A stretch of DNA of 56,304 nucleotides, from positions 1-56,304 of IMG/VR virus record IMGVR_UViG_3300044815_000143; one strand, given 5' to 3'. Source of the stretch: a virus. Its lineage: Duplodnaviria > Caudoviricetes. The notes beneath the pieces are model-generated. The model saw only the letters and a program-made list of their open reading frames with translations. It was not told the DNA's origin and ran no database searches. Shown here one piece after another: positions 1 to 10,985 of the stretch (positions are counted from its first letter, which is position 1; each line of letters opens with the position of its first letter). Position numbers and translations under genes: made by a program.

Positions 1-1336
1 TGACGCGAGACAGGTTGACCTTTTCCTGATCCCAGACGCTATCGTCGTGAGGATAGATGTCGTAATGATCGACGATGTCGGCCTGCTCTTTTTCGCTCAG
101 CATGGCTTGAACATCTTCGAGACGGCGTGAACCGTAGTTGTACAGTTCGATGTTGGGCAAGAACTCGATGATCGGACGCTGAGCCTTGCGGGCGCTCAGG
201 TCCATGCCGGTCCATTCCAGCGAGGATTTGTGGACCCACAGGTTGCGGAGAGCCCACGGGCTCTGCTCTTGCGACCGGCGGTCGATGACGATGTAATGCG
301 CGACCGCACCGCCGGGATCACGGCTGAAATCCGGGGACAGGACCGCACTCGTGCCGATGCCGTCGAAGACGTAGAATTCGTCACCTGTGGCATCGACGAT
401 CTCGACGCGCATGCTGCTGGTAACGCTCACCGCGTCTGCCGCCTTCGTCCAGTACGCCTCGTTGAACGGTGCGCCGTTGACCACGGTGTGGGCCGAGATA
501 CAGCGATAGGCATCGCCGTTTCCAAGATCATCGCCGTAATAGACCAGATCACCGATATTATAGGTGTGGGGGCCGTTGGCCACGTCAGCCGTCGTCAGGG
601 ACGAAGTCCACTTGATGAACGGCCACAGAGCGATGCTCTCCTTACTGGTGAACAGCGTCTTCAGGTCGCCATACCGGAAAGTCTGGATGATGTCTCCGAA
701 GGCCGGAGAGGTGATAGTCGCCGCGCCTTGGTCGTCGAACGTCGCAGACACCTTTACGCCATTGACCGTGACCATCGGGGTCTCGTCTGTCTGGCTGAAC
801 TGAATCAGGGCAGGCGGCAAAGGATAGGTCGCAACCGCATTGCCATCGTAGACGTAGGTCGTGGAGAGCGCGCGCATGACGACAGTCAGGCGAGCCAATT
901 CCTCATCGGTCAGGGCTCCCATCCAGAAATATTGCAGATAGTTGTTCAGTTTGTCGAGATCGACTGGAGGCGCCCACGAGTAATAATCGCCTTCGAACAT
1001 GCGGCTATGGTTCGAAGTGATCGAACCCTGTGACTGCATGTAGTTGATCAGATCGTCATAGCAGAGCGTGTTGGAGAAGGTTCCGTTGTTGGACACGGAA
1101 ACCATTGCAGGTTCAAGCTGGTATGCTTGACGCACGGCAGTAGGCTCAGCAAGATAGAAGTCTTTCGCCGGATCGTAATAGGTCGGTTTCTGACCGATGT
1201 AACCGCTGATAGACACAGATGTGCCCGGTTGAAACAGGTTATCAACCGTAGCAGCGAAGAAATTCTTGATAACATCGGTTTGAAGAACAGCAGGAAGCTG
1301 GTTGATCAAGCGACGCTTGAAATCGTTTTGAGCCAT
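1..1336 (-). CDS. Large virion structural protein, N-terminal part (runs off left edge; absent from ORF track)
   Basis: Manual translation from ATG 1336: MAQNDFKRRLINQLPAVLQTDVIKNFFAATVDNLFQPG...RQAYQLEP...YSWAPPVDLDKLNNYLQYFW; frame still open at the window edge; TAAATA 5 nt upstream; resembles the giant structural proteins next to baseplate genes in jumbo myophages. Confidence 0.8.
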   Translation of the reverse strand, partial: MAQNDFKRRLINQLPAVLQTDVIKNFFAATVDNLFQPGTSVSISGYIGQKPTYYDPAKDFYLAEPTAVRQAYQLEPAMVSVSNNGTFSNTLCYDDLINYMQSQGSITSNHSRMFEGDYYSWAPPVDLDKLNNYLQYFWMGALTDEELARLTVVMRALSTTYVYDGNAVATYPLPPALIQFSQTDETPMVTVNGVKVSATFDDQGAATITSPAFGDIIQTFRYGDLKTLFTSKESIALWPFIKWTSSLTTADVANGPHTYNIGDLVYYGDDLGNGDAYRCISAHTVVNGAPFNEAYWTKAADAVSVTSSMRVEIVDATGDEFYVFDGIGTSAVLSPDFSRDPGGAVAHYIVIDRRSQEQSPWALRNLWVHKSSLEWTGMDLSARKAQRPIIEFLPNIELYNYGSRRLEDVQAMLSEKEQADIVDHYDIYPHDDSVWDQEKVNLSRV

Positions 1337-1341
1337 GTCCG

Positions 1342-1347
1342 TATTTA
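1342..1347 (-). promoter_or_regulatory. TAAATA late-promoter element (also 6012, 10973, 11726 on minus; 14104, 42249, 48956, 51478 on plus)
   Basis: Same hexamer 4-6 nt before the ATG of several structural/late genes; resembles the T4 late promoter TATAAATA. Confidence 0.75.
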
Positions 1348-1424
1348 CCACCCCATTAACGTGGTATATTTAGGCTTGCGGAAATGGGAAACCATGCTAG
1401 GGTGTGGCTCTACGGAGAGCCACA

Positions 1425-1730
1425 ATGACCATCGGTACGGTTTGCGACACCAAGATTGACCTGAGTCTGGTCTACAAGATCGGCGCGATCACGACGGCTC
1501 CCCTCATCGGGTACCAAACCATCGACACGTTCCAAGTCGGCTTCGTGGGCGCGAGCGGTCTGCACTTTCAGGGCGATCTTCCCTACCTGACCGAGCAGCG
1601 CGATTCGCTGATCGCGCAATGGGAAGCCTACAAGAACAACCAAATGTTCGAGCGGCTGTATCCGACCCAAGCTCGGGCGCAAGCCACCATGGCCAAACTC
1701 AAAGGGGAGCCCGTAGACTATGGCGCGTGA
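1425..1730 (+). CDS. Hypothetical protein
   Basis: GGAG RBS before ATG 1425; upstream TTGCGG...GCTAGGGT promoter-like motif; first of three overlapping ORFs. Confidence 0.7.
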   Translation: MTIGTVCDTKIDLSLVYKIGAITTAPLIGYQTIDTFQVGFVGASGLHFQGDLPYLTEQRDSLIAQWEAYKNNQMFERLYPTQARAQATMAKLKGEPVDYGA

Positions 1731-2031
1731 ACCGAGAGAGATGTCCATCGACGACTTCCGGGCGGCTTGTAAACGCTACGGCGTTCACTGCCCCAAGGCG
1801 TTCAAGTCCAAGCTGGTGATGACCGCGACGGTCGCCTGCCTGCACTTTACGCTCCTGAAGCGCGATCTCCCCTCGGTGGTCGAGATGCGCAAGGCGTTGA
1901 AGTCGGAGTACGAGGACAAGATCGCACACGCTGGCGCGACCATGGTTCGGAACCTCTGGCACATGGCCAACCCGTGCCTCGCCGAACTGAAGGCGGCACT
2001 GGAAGAACTCGGCTGCGAGGTCGGTGCCTGA
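1720..2031 (+). CDS. Hypothetical protein
   Basis: ORF track; overlaps both neighbours; phage-like codon usage. Confidence 0.7.
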   Translation: MAREPREMSIDDFRAACKRYGVHCPKAFKSKLVMTATVACLHFTLLKRDLPSVVEMRKALKSEYEDKIAHAGATMVRNLWHMANPCLAELKAALEELGCEVGA

Positions 2032-2300
2032 TGGCTCAAGCAGTCCTCGACGAGATCACCGGTGACTACGTCATCGTCCTGCACGATGGTGAACATGTAA
2101 CCCAGACCATTCGCTCGATGATCAACCTACTGTCAATCCAGCACACCCAATGGTTAGGCACAGGCGAGATCATGCTGGTTCCAAATCTTGTTGGCTATGG
2201 CGCGTTAGGTGACGCGACCTGCTACAAGGACAAGGAATTGGCCGACAATCTCGCACAGCAGATCACGAGGATCGGCGAGAAAGTCGGCCTGACCTTTTAG
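2031..2300 (+). CDS. Hypothetical protein
   Basis: TGATG overlap with previous stop; MAQAVLDEITG... Confidence 0.65.
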   Translation: MAQAVLDEITGDYVIVLHDGEHVTQTIRSMINLLSIQHTQWLGTGEIMLVPNLVGYGALGDATCYKDKELADNLAQQITRIGEKVGLTF

Positions 2301-5300
2301 CGAATACGAAGGTTCGCCGGAGTGTTAGACGAGATGATGACCACGTCGCTGACTTGAGCCGTGGACAGGAAAATTTCATCTGGGCGGCAACGCACTTCGA
2401 AACCATCACCGAAATAGCTCTGGTCGCTGACCGGAACCAGAACGATGCTAGAAATGACATTGGCGAGGTTCTGGTGGATGTACGCGGCCAGTTCGGTGTA
2501 GTAGAATGTCTCGCCGAAATCCCACATGTTGACCGAGAAATAGTTGTTGATCGCCCGGATGATCTGCGACGAGATTTCACCATCGCTCAGCGTCGCATTC
2601 GGCAATTTCACGACCTTGAATTGCGTGCGCAATTCGTCAGCCGAACCCTTGCCAAACAAGAACTTGTACTTGGCCGGGCGCCAGACCAGACCATCCGAGA
2701 ACATGCGATAGGCTTCGAATTGCTGGAACGCCAAGCGCAGATCAAGTTCCGTGGGCGGTGCAGGCATATCGGCCGGGTCCGACCCATTGCTGATCCACAG
2801 ACGAGTCAAATAATCGTACTCCGAGGTCAGCACGAACATGTCGTGATTGTTGGTCGGAGAAGGATCGATGCGGTGGTCGCTGTCGGCGTAATGCTTCCAC
2901 TGAAAAATGACCGATTCGGGAATTTCCCAGCCGCTAGAGCCCGGAACCTGCATGGACCCCGAGGCATACCATTTGGCGGCGATGTTCGTTCCACGACCGA
3001 TAGCGCTGGTGAACTCTCCCGGAACCTTGGCCGTCCAGCCGGTGTCGGTGCGAACGAAGAATAAGCCCGTGGCGCGGTCAAACGCTAGGGTGGCGGTCGG
3101 AACCGAGGCTTGGTAGGCGATGCGATCCGTCGCTGCCGGGAACACCCAGACACCGTAGATCGGCGCGGCGCCATACTGCGTGTCATATTGCCAGAACAGA
3201 TACTGGTTGCGGATATCGTTGTCGATCACGCGGGAGAACAAATCAGGATCATCCGGGTAACCGTTCAGGTTCTCGTCGGCCAGTCGAACGCTCGTGCGAC
3301 GTGGGTTCGCCGATCCATCACGGTTGACGTAGATGCGGTTGATGTTCAGGTCATAGTCGCGGCCCAGACCCATACCGGTATCTGCGCTCACGTCCTCGTT
3401 GACGCGCATGATGCGAACGATATCCGACTGGGCAAGACCCGTTTCGGAATCGACCGTGCGGCGACCGTCATTGTACCATTGGACGTTCTTGATGCTCTCG
3501 AAGACGTAGCGAATGCCATTGGCCATGATCGCCCAAACGCCGTTCGAGCCCATGGCAGAATAATTCACGTCCGACACCTTGAACGTCGTAGCCGGGCTCG
3601 GAAGAACGTTTGTGTCAGAAGTAAGGTCGGTGACGACCCACGGCTCGGAAGCCTCGTTGAAATCATACCACAGCGTGAACGAGCGCTTGGCCACGACCTT
3701 GGCCGTGATGGCGATCACCGCGCCACTATCGAGCGAGGCATTGAAGGGCGGTACGATGCTTTCGAGCACGGCGGCGTTGGCAACGCCCAGCGAGAGCGTT
3801 ACGGGGCCTGCTGAGCCTGCTGGGGCCGCTGTGTAGGCATCCTCGACTGTTCCGACCATGTTGGCGATGGTCGCCCACGATTCCTTGCCGCCGGTGTTGA
3901 ATTTCAGCGTGGCTCCGGGGACGATATGAGCATTGACGGGGCCGCCGAACCAACCGGTGCTGGAGAACGTCGTGTCATCGGCACGGACCCATGTCGTGGA
4001 GGTGACGACATTGGCATTGGCCAACAGGAACTGACGTGAGTAATCGGCGACTTCCTGCCGCTCCAGCATCGGCTGGATGTAAGTGGCGATCAGGTCGGAG
4101 GCCTCTACGACGAAATTCTGCACTTCGTCGTAGATATTGTAGGTTTCCTTGAAGAACATGCCGTCGTCTGAGAAAACGTTCACATCTTGATAGTTTCCGG
4201 TCGGATCGTTCAGGTCGATGAAACGGCTGTGACCGGAATAGATGCGGTTGACGGCCTTGAGCTTCAGAGCAAGATTGCTCTGGAGAGGGAACGTGTTGTA
4301 ATCCTCTCCCGAAACCATGCGGTTCTGGGTTGCGTAAACGGACGGAGCACGGCTCTTGATCTGATCGTCGGTCTCGCGCGGGGTCGAGTTCGAGATTGCG
4401 TCTTGCAGCGAAAACGTTACGGTCAGGTTCTTGGCTACGCCGCGACGGTTGACGTAGGGGATCGTCATCTTGATCCGGGTCATGTCGGACGGCTTAATCT
4501 GATATTGCAGACCGTTGGAGACCCGGTAGGTGGAACGGATGTTCCCCACCGGGACCGTGCCGAAACGTCCGTCGCTGAAGCGCAAGCTGATCGAGTCGTT
4601 GTCGCGAGTGATCACCGAGAAAATGTCGCGCACAGCGGGGGTATAATTGTTGTAGGTGATGTTCTCGCTGAAAATCGCCGGGACCTTGACCCATTGCGTC
4701 TGCACGGCGCCAGCATCCGACACGGTCTGAACCCAAACGTCGGTGTCGTTGATGCCGGTGGCGACCAAGTCGATGACGCGGTTCTCAGTCGGAACCGAAA
4801 TGTTCACGGTTTGGCGGGCAGTTGTGCCCTGCTTGAACATGAAGAAGAAACCGGTCTGCCCGCTGGAATTACCGTTGCCGTCGTTTCGATAGATCAGATT
4901 GAAAGCGTTGGCATCGTTGGGCTCACGCTCGAAGAACCCGCCACCATCCTCGAAATCGACGTTGACGACTTCAAAGTCCATGGTCCGGCCGCTGGCCTTG
5001 GCCGAGAAACCCGGTTTCATCGTGGCCATCGCGTTGTTCAGGCGATAACTCTGGGTACGAACATCGGCGACCGTGCCGGTCTTCATCGGCACGCCGAATT
5101 GGTTGGTCGAGATAAAAGCGCTGTTCAGCACGAGGATAAAGCGTTCGAACCAATCGGAATCGTCCGGATTGTCCCACTTGACCGTCACGCCGTTCAGATT
5201 CACTCCAAAACCGTCGTACACATCGTCATCGGTCGAGACTTCGACCAGCTTGACGATGCCCTGTGCGGTTTGGTTGCGGCGCGGATTGTAGGAGATAAAG

Positions 5301-5605
5301 CGGGCCAGACGCAGGATCGACTCTCGGGTCTCGGCCGTTTCGAGGAACGATTCGCGAGCGTTGATGTCCGTCTTGAACGCCAGTGTACCAGCCAGCCACG
5401 ACAACAGGTCGATCAGAGCTACGAACTCAGACGATTCAGTCCAGTCGTTCATGTTCTCCGGGTAGTTCTTGGAGATGTAATCGCGCAGGGCCGCATTGAT
5501 CGTCGGCGGATCAGACGCGTTGAAATTGATCGTCGTGAAGGCGCGATAAAGTACTTGCCAGTCTTCACCAGCAAACAACTCAGATTGGCGGACGCTAGCA
5601 GACAT
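2297..5605 (-). CDS. Baseplate wedge subunit (T4 gp6-like)
   Basis: 1102 aa; DWTESSEFVALIDLLSW...ARESFLETAETRESILRLA; FSDGRFG; QNRMVSGEDY motifs; adjacent to gp25-like gene. Confidence 0.85.
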   Translation of the reverse strand: MSASVRQSELFAGEDWQVLYRAFTTINFNASDPPTINAALRDYISKNYPENMNDWTESSEFVALIDLLSWLAGTLAFKTDINARESFLETAETRESILRLARFISYNPRRNQTAQGIVKLVEVSTDDDVYDGFGVNLNGVTVKWDNPDDSDWFERFILVLNSAFISTNQFGVPMKTGTVADVRTQSYRLNNAMATMKPGFSAKASGRTMDFEVVNVDFEDGGGFFEREPNDANAFNLIYRNDGNGNSSGQTGFFFMFKQGTTARQTVNISVPTENRVIDLVATGINDTDVWVQTVSDAGAVQTQWVKVPAIFSENITYNNYTPAVRDIFSVITRDNDSISLRFSDGRFGTVPVGNIRSTYRVSNGLQYQIKPSDMTRIKMTIPYVNRRGVAKNLTVTFSLQDAISNSTPRETDDQIKSRAPSVYATQNRMVSGEDYNTFPLQSNLALKLKAVNRIYSGHSRFIDLNDPTGNYQDVNVFSDDGMFFKETYNIYDEVQNFVVEASDLIATYIQPMLERQEVADYSRQFLLANANVVTSTTWVRADDTTFSSTGWFGGPVNAHIVPGATLKFNTGGKESWATIANMVGTVEDAYTAAPAGSAGPVTLSLGVANAAVLESIVPPFNASLDSGAVIAITAKVVAKRSFTLWYDFNEASEPWVVTDLTSDTNVLPSPATTFKVSDVNYSAMGSNGVWAIMANGIRYVFESIKNVQWYNDGRRTVDSETGLAQSDIVRIMRVNEDVSADTGMGLGRDYDLNINRIYVNRDGSANPRRTSVRLADENLNGYPDDPDLFSRVIDNDIRNQYLFWQYDTQYGAAPIYGVWVFPAATDRIAYQASVPTATLAFDRATGLFFVRTDTGWTAKVPGEFTSAIGRGTNIAAKWYASGSMQVPGSSGWEIPESVIFQWKHYADSDHRIDPSPTNNHDMFVLTSEYDYLTRLWISNGSDPADMPAPPTELDLRLAFQQFEAYRMFSDGLVWRPAKYKFLFGKGSADELRTQFKVVKLPNATLSDGEISSQIIRAINNYFSVNMWDFGETFYYTELAAYIHQNLANVISSIVLVPVSDQSYFGDGFEVRCRPDEIFLSTAQVSDVVIISSNTPANLRIR

Positions 5606-5613
5606 ATATTACC

Positions 5614-6006
5614 TCAGTAACCGTTCACTTGACGGTTTTCAAAATCGACGTAGAAAGTATCGGCGACGTTCAACGGCTCATAGAATAGAGTCATGTCAAC
5701 GCGAACACCGGCATCCAACCGATAAACATTGACGCTCTTGACCACGACGCGCGGATCGCTCTGGCAAATACGAATAGCTTCTGTTGAAATTAGGTCCACC
5801 ATACCTGAGGTAAGTGGTTCCATCATGTAGTCCCAAATGAGACAGCCGTAATCCGGACGCATTCTGCGCTCACAAACGCGGGTGTTGAAATGATTCAACA
5901 GATCGCGTTTGATAAGCTCCACGTCATAGTACGTCCAGTTCTTGGACAAAGCTGTCCCAATAGTACTGAACCCTGTGAAGAGATTTCGAACGTCGTTAAT
6001 GGCCAT
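5614..6006 (-). CDS. Baseplate wedge subunit, gp25-like
   Basis: LLNHFNTRVCERRMRPDYGC...DPRV motif of the gp25/GPW family. Confidence 0.85.
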   Translation of the reverse strand: MAINDVRNLFTGFSTIGTALSKNWTYYDVELIKRDLLNHFNTRVCERRMRPDYGCLIWDYMMEPLTSGMVDLISTEAIRICQSDPRVVVKSVNVYRLDAGVRVDMTLFYEPLNVADTFYVDFENRQVNGY

Positions 6007-6045
6007 ACGACTATTTATTAGCCGGTAATAGACGTACTTAAATGA

Positions 6046-6637
6046 TCAGTGGTCGAAATCCAGATTGTATTCTTTGGGATCAACGTCCTTGGATTTGATG
6101 ATTTGGACATTTTTGATCTGTTTCGGGTTGATGATCACGACCACTGTTTCGCCACTGCCGCCATAATTCTTGACGAGGGCGTAATCAGCCCCATGGTCGA
6201 TGAGGAACTGACGAAGATCACCGGTCAGGCCCGGACGGATGGCTTTGTAATTGATCCCGAGGTTCATCAGCATCTCAATGCGGATCGTGCCGTCCTTGGA
6301 ACGAGCGAACCCACGTTCCAGAACATCTTGCGCGACATCCTTGCGCTTGGATGTGCTGATGAAAGTCTTGATGAACGTCTTGGCCGTATTCTCGTCAACA
6401 CGAACCTCGGAGAGGTTGTTGCCGAGTTCTACGGTCACCTTGTAGACGTTTTTTTCCACCCTTGGCGTACTGTGCGGCCCGCGAATAGCTCGTAGTCAGG
6501 TACACGCCGGGGCCATGTTCCCACGCTCCGGATTCATGCGACTTGACCTCATTGTAGCCACTTTCAAGGCCCTTGCCGCCATGCCACAGAGTGATCTGTT
6601 TGTTGACAGATTCGACGAGAGTAATGATGTCACGCAT
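6046..6637 (-). pseudogene. ADP-ribosyltransferase-like (ART-PolyVal type) gene split by one extra A at the A7 run 6449-6455; possibly intact in vivo
   Basis: ORF 6395-6637 (LWHGG...GPGVYLTTSYSRAAQYAKGG) joins ORF 6046-6459 (KNVYKVTV...ETVVVIINPKQIK) if one A is removed, giving a continuous H-Y-E ART-like pattern. Confidence 0.6.
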
Positions 6638-8868
6638 TAGATTCCGAGGTGAGTTTTGATGACGTTGACATCTCGACGAAGTTCCTTGATTGCTTCTACA
6701 AGCAAGGCGCTCATGTTACCATAGGCCAGTGCAAGTTTTCCGTTCGGGAGAGCCGTGACCACTTGTGGAACCACCGGGCGAACTTCTTGTGCGAGGAAAC
6801 CGATTTGTTCCGGATTGCCGGGAAGGTCGTTACGGGTGAACATAACACCACGCAGAGCATCGACCTTATCCAGAGCGTTGCTGATCGTGGTGACGTTTTC
6901 CTTAAGCGATGCGTCCGACAGTCCAGAGATATCACCGACCGCGACGATGTTACCCTTGGTGTTGATGTCGCCGGTGTCGCGGCGAATGGTAACCGAATTC
7001 GACGTGGCGTTACCGACGATGACCATGGCGTTTGCTGGGCTGGAGACGCGTGTTCCGCTACCATAACCGGCGCCGGACCAGCCGGGGTTCAGGAACAGGT
7101 GGGCGGACGGCTCCAGCGCCATGCTGTCGTCGTTGACTCCATTGGCATTGTCGTTGGTCGTGCCGATGCGCAGTACGGAGAATTCGTACATGGCGTTGGT
7201 GTTGGCGATACCATTCGCGATGATCGAGTTGGCGATGGCGTTGGCCACGGCCGGTGTCGGAAGAGCATAGTCAAAGTTGTTCTGATCAAACGTGACGAAA
7301 CCGCCATCACCAGCGCCCGTGGAGTTGGGGATTTTCTGAATCAGTAGAGCGTGACCCGCGTCGATGATGACGTTCGACCCCGGCAGTTCGAACGTGCTGT
7401 TCAAAAGGGTCAGGGTCGAGTTGGAGATGGCGACGTTGTCGGTGAACTCGGTCGGGCCAGCGACCGTGCCCCCGTTGGCCGTGCTCAGGTAACCGTCGAG
7501 GATCACGATTTCCCACGTGGCGCCGGTGATGTTTGGCGGCAAGTTGCCGTCATAGGCGACCGTATAGACCTTCAGAGCGTTTCCGAAATCCGGGTTGATC
7601 CAGAAATCACCATCTGTGGCGCGGGTGTCATCGTACCAGAAATCACTGTTGGCCGGATCGTTCGGGTCGAGGTTGGTCGAAACGTCTACCGCTCGGAAGG
7701 CGCGCCCGTTCTTGTAGACGTAATCGTCGATGGCGTAGGTCGTCGCCGAGTTCCATGCCCCGAGACCCGTAGGTTCGTCAGAGACTTGCTCAATGATCGG
7801 GTCAACGTTGGTGTGGAAATTGTGCGCCAGACCGTTGCCCAGACCATCAATCTGGCTCTGGAGCAGGGCATCATTGGCGATGCGTTCAGCGCGCTCAGTG
7901 ACGATCAGAGAGGCGTTGTTGGCGATGGCGTTGGCGTTCGTCAGATCGCCCGCAATACGGGCCAACGTTTCTGCTTGCAAAGCGCTGTTGACCAGCGCGA
8001 CGTTGCTGACGACGTTGGCGATGGACTGGGCGAGCAAAGCATCATTGGCGATGCGCTCGACCTTCTCTTGGTTGGCTTCGACAGCCAGATCGTTGATCTG
8101 GTCCGCCAGTGCATCGACCGCCAAGTTGGTGTTGGCGAGGTTGTTGGTCAGGATGAAAACGGCCGCGTTCGTCGAGTTGCCGAGCGCGAGGATTGCATTG
8201 GCGTTCTGCTGAACCGACAGTTTCAGGTTCGTAATGTCAGTCGTGTTGTTCGAGATGTTCGACGTGTTCTGATTGACCGTCAACGTGACGTTGGAGATGG
8301 CGTTGGAAAGCGCGTTGTCGTTGGCCAGACGCAGAGCAGCTTCCGCCGCGATGGCGTTGGACGTGGCGGACGAGTTGGCGTTGATACCGGCGAGGGCCGC
8401 TGCAAGGTTGGTCTGGAAATACGAGACGGTGATCGCGTCTGTGGCGTTGCTGGGCGTGTAGTTCAGCGTCAGGCGTGTGTTGACGGTCGCGTTGGCCAAC
8501 GTGACGTTGGTGCTGTTCTCATCGGTCTGGACAGCCGAGCGCCAGCCCGTGCCCGTGTACACGTCAATGGTCTTGTTCGTGGTGCTGTAACGAACCGACC
8601 CGGCGATGGTCGATCCAGAATCCAGTGGCAGAACGAGGGTGTTGTTACGATAAGCGGCCTCCAGCGACATCTGGCCGGTGGTCAGGTTCTGGACCATGCG
8701 GACGGCGATGACGTTGGTGGTGCTGATGCTGTTGGCGATTTGAAGGTTTTCAATCGCGAGCTTGACCACATAATTGTTGTCGCGGAACTGCTGCGACGAC
8801 TGGTTGATACCGGAAATCGGGTAATCTTGTTCGAAATGCAGCCCAGTACCAGTATCGATTCCGCTCAT
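6637..8868 (-). CDS. Tail fibre protein: coiled-coil shaft, CBM5/12-like motif, C-terminal S74 intramolecular chaperone
   Basis: Repeated ERIANDALL heptads; AWNSATTYAIDDYVYKNGRAF; SDASLKENV...IGFLAQEV...LVEAIKEL. Confidence 0.85.
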   Translation of the reverse strand: MSGIDTGTGLHFEQDYPISGINQSSQQFRDNNYVVKLAIENLQIANSISTTNVIAVRMVQNLTTGQMSLEAAYRNNTLVLPLDSGSTIAGSVRYSTTNKTIDVYTGTGWRSAVQTDENSTNVTLANATVNTRLTLNYTPSNATDAITVSYFQTNLAAALAGINANSSATSNAIAAEAALRLANDNALSNAISNVTLTVNQNTSNISNNTTDITNLKLSVQQNANAILALGNSTNAAVFILTNNLANTNLAVDALADQINDLAVEANQEKVERIANDALLAQSIANVVSNVALVNSALQAETLARIAGDLTNANAIANNASLIVTERAERIANDALLQSQIDGLGNGLAHNFHTNVDPIIEQVSDEPTGLGAWNSATTYAIDDYVYKNGRAFRAVDVSTNLDPNDPANSDFWYDDTRATDGDFWINPDFGNALKVYTVAYDGNLPPNITGATWEIVILDGYLSTANGGTVAGPTEFTDNVAISNSTLTLLNSTFELPGSNVIIDAGHALLIQKIPNSTGAGDGGFVTFDQNNFDYALPTPAVANAIANSIIANGIANTNAMYEFSVLRIGTTNDNANGVNDDSMALEPSAHLFLNPGWSGAGYGSGTRVSSPANAMVIVGNATSNSVTIRRDTGDINTKGNIVAVGDISGLSDASLKENVTTISNALDKVDALRGVMFTRNDLPGNPEQIGFLAQEVRPVVPQVVTALPNGKLALAYGNMSALLVEAIKELRRDVNVIKTHLGI

Positions 8869-10967
8869 GTGAGATTTCCCGCCGTTTTAGTATTGATTCT
8901 GTAGTATTTACCATCAATAAAGGTGAAAATATCGAAGGTCGTTGCGCCATCATCGAACGTAGTAGTATTGTCATCGAAGATAGTTTGGGCAGAAATTGCC
9001 ATGAAAGTGACGTAATACTGATCGAAGTCTACTTGGAAACCTCGGTTCATCGGATCAGGGGTTGCCATAGGATATGCGGCCGGGGTCTGACGAACCGAAA
9101 TGCGGTTCATGACCGTCTCTCCGGCCCCCGGTTTCAGGTAGGCTACAACCGTCGCGGTTTGGAAAGTGGGCATCCAATCCGGTGTGTTCTCGGTCGTTCC
9201 CGTGGCCGTGTGATCGCGCGTGCCGTCCACCGAGGCAAAACCAACTTTATCGATGAATTCATATCGAATGTTAAGGACGCTGGTCGGATGGAGGTACTTG
9301 ATGGGCGCGGTAGATTCAGGCCAAACGAGAGGGTCAGGAACCGGAACACCCGCATTGCTCAGCTTGTAACCGCCAGCGCGCGTCATGGGATCGATCACAT
9401 CGCGATAAAGCACCTCGTACACCACCTTGCCGCCGATTTTGACGGTGGCGAGTTTGTGTTCTCCGAGACGCAACGAAATTGGTCCACCAACGTTTGAAGC
9501 CCTGACCACGTCGCGGATCGCGGTGTAATCGCCCTTCAGACCGCCGACGACGTAGATATTAAGCGTGTTATCAGACCCAACGACCCCAAAGTTGCCATCA
9601 TTTGGACGGAAATATTCGTCCTCATGAACCACATCGGAATAATAAGCCATCATCGGCTTGGTATCCTTGAAGCGCAGCTTGAAAGACACGTTGGTCGTTT
9701 CGCCCGTGCGATACCTCACCAGAACTTTGATCGAAAAAGTTCGGTCCAGTGTCGTGTCGCCTACTTTCGCCCGCACAACAAAAGTGTAGGTGTGATCAGA
9801 ACTGACGTGGCCGAGGACTCCTTCGATGTCGCCAGTAACAGAATTCAACGTGAGGCCCGGCGGAAGAATACCATTCCCATACAGAGAGTACGTGACTGCT
9901 TCACCCGTGGAACAGGTGGCGCGAACACCGAGCGGGAAGACGTTGGCCTCGTACACAGTTCCAATCAAACCGGCATCCGTAGTCCACTTGATAAAGCGCA
10001 GAGGCGCCAAGGCATCTTTCGGGGGCGCGGCTTCAATCATGAAGATGCGCGGGATGGCGCCACTACCAACCGTGATCGGCGCGCCATGATGGTCGCGCAT
10101 GATCACGCGGAAGAAATACAGACCCATCGGCGTTGCCGTGGAGATTTCACCCGTGATCAGGCCGAAGTCGTCCAACGTCAGGCCCGGCGGCAGGCTGTTG
10201 AACGGCTCGACGATCTCTGTTTCGCCTACCAGAGGCTCCAAGGTCAGTTGCGGCGGGAAACCACCCGGCATGTTGATATTGATCTGGTAGGTGTACGGAG
10301 AGCCGCGTGTGTGGCTTCCCGTGGCGATGAAACCACTTCCATCGTCAAGTGCGAACGTCTCGCCCCTGAAATCGGCGCTGTAGCTGAACGGCGGGGACGG
10401 ACCCCACGAGGGTGGCGAGACCGTGCTGTTGGACGCGGTGGCGTGGATCGTGAACTGGCGGTCGCGAGCATATGTGCCGTCGAAGGCGCGAACAGCGAAC
10501 GGGAAGTCCATGGACGTATTGGCGGTCGGCAGAATGCCAACCTTGCCACTGATCTCGCCACTGTTGCTCAGGGACATCCCCGGCGGCAGGAAATCGTGGA
10601 GCAGCGTGTAGGTGATCGTCGCGTTCGAAATCAGCGTGACGATGTCCGTGGCGTTGGCCACGATGGGCACGGCGATGAAATTGTCGATCTCGTAAAACGA
10701 AATCGAGTTCCCGTTAGCCGAGAATTCCACCGAATGGGTGTTGATATAGGCGTTCGAGACGGTCGGAGCGCTGTTGTCCGTCAGGAAGACGTGGTCGGTT
10801 CCTTCGCCCATGAACGTCGCGGTTCGAACCGCTGCGAGCGTGATCGAATTGGCGAACAGGGTGGAGCCATTAGCCGTGGCGTTGGCGGTCGTCGAGTACG
10901 TTACGCTCTCGGCGACATTAGCCAAATCGCCGACTGGCGTAGACCAAACGGGGAAGAAGGTGACCAT
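8865..10967 (-). CDS. Virion structural protein with putative Ig-like (He_PIG) domains
   Basis: Three LPPG(L/M)(T/S)L...G.I.G repeats; TAAATA 5 nt upstream. Confidence 0.75.
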   Translation of the reverse strand: MVTFFPVWSTPVGDLANVAESVTYSTTANATANGSTLFANSITLAAVRTATFMGEGTDHVFLTDNSAPTVSNAYINTHSVEFSANGNSISFYEIDNFIAVPIVANATDIVTLISNATITYTLLHDFLPPGMSLSNSGEISGKVGILPTANTSMDFPFAVRAFDGTYARDRQFTIHATASNSTVSPPSWGPSPPFSYSADFRGETFALDDGSGFIATGSHTRGSPYTYQININMPGGFPPQLTLEPLVGETEIVEPFNSLPPGLTLDDFGLITGEISTATPMGLYFFRVIMRDHHGAPITVGSGAIPRIFMIEAAPPKDALAPLRFIKWTTDAGLIGTVYEANVFPLGVRATCSTGEAVTYSLYGNGILPPGLTLNSVTGDIEGVLGHVSSDHTYTFVVRAKVGDTTLDRTFSIKVLVRYRTGETTNVSFKLRFKDTKPMMAYYSDVVHEDEYFRPNDGNFGVVGSDNTLNIYVVGGLKGDYTAIRDVVRASNVGGPISLRLGEHKLATVKIGGKVVYEVLYRDVIDPMTRAGGYKLSNAGVPVPDPLVWPESTAPIKYLHPTSVLNIRYEFIDKVGFASVDGTRDHTATGTTENTPDWMPTFQTATVVAYLKPGAGETVMNRISVRQTPAAYPMATPDPMNRGFQVDFDQYYVTFMAISAQTIFDDNTTTFDDGATTFDIFTFIDGKYYRINTKTAGNLT

Positions 10968-10985
10968 CCCCTTATTTATCGGTCG

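Noticed and set aside
230-1033. Long antisense ORFs (230-1033, 4187-5620, 7351-8904, 9624-11642, 21332-23521, 30482-32200, 51606-53855, 54303-55730 and others)
   Set aside because: Shadow frames opposite motif-bearing genes, expected from GC3 bias; no RBS or recognisable motifs
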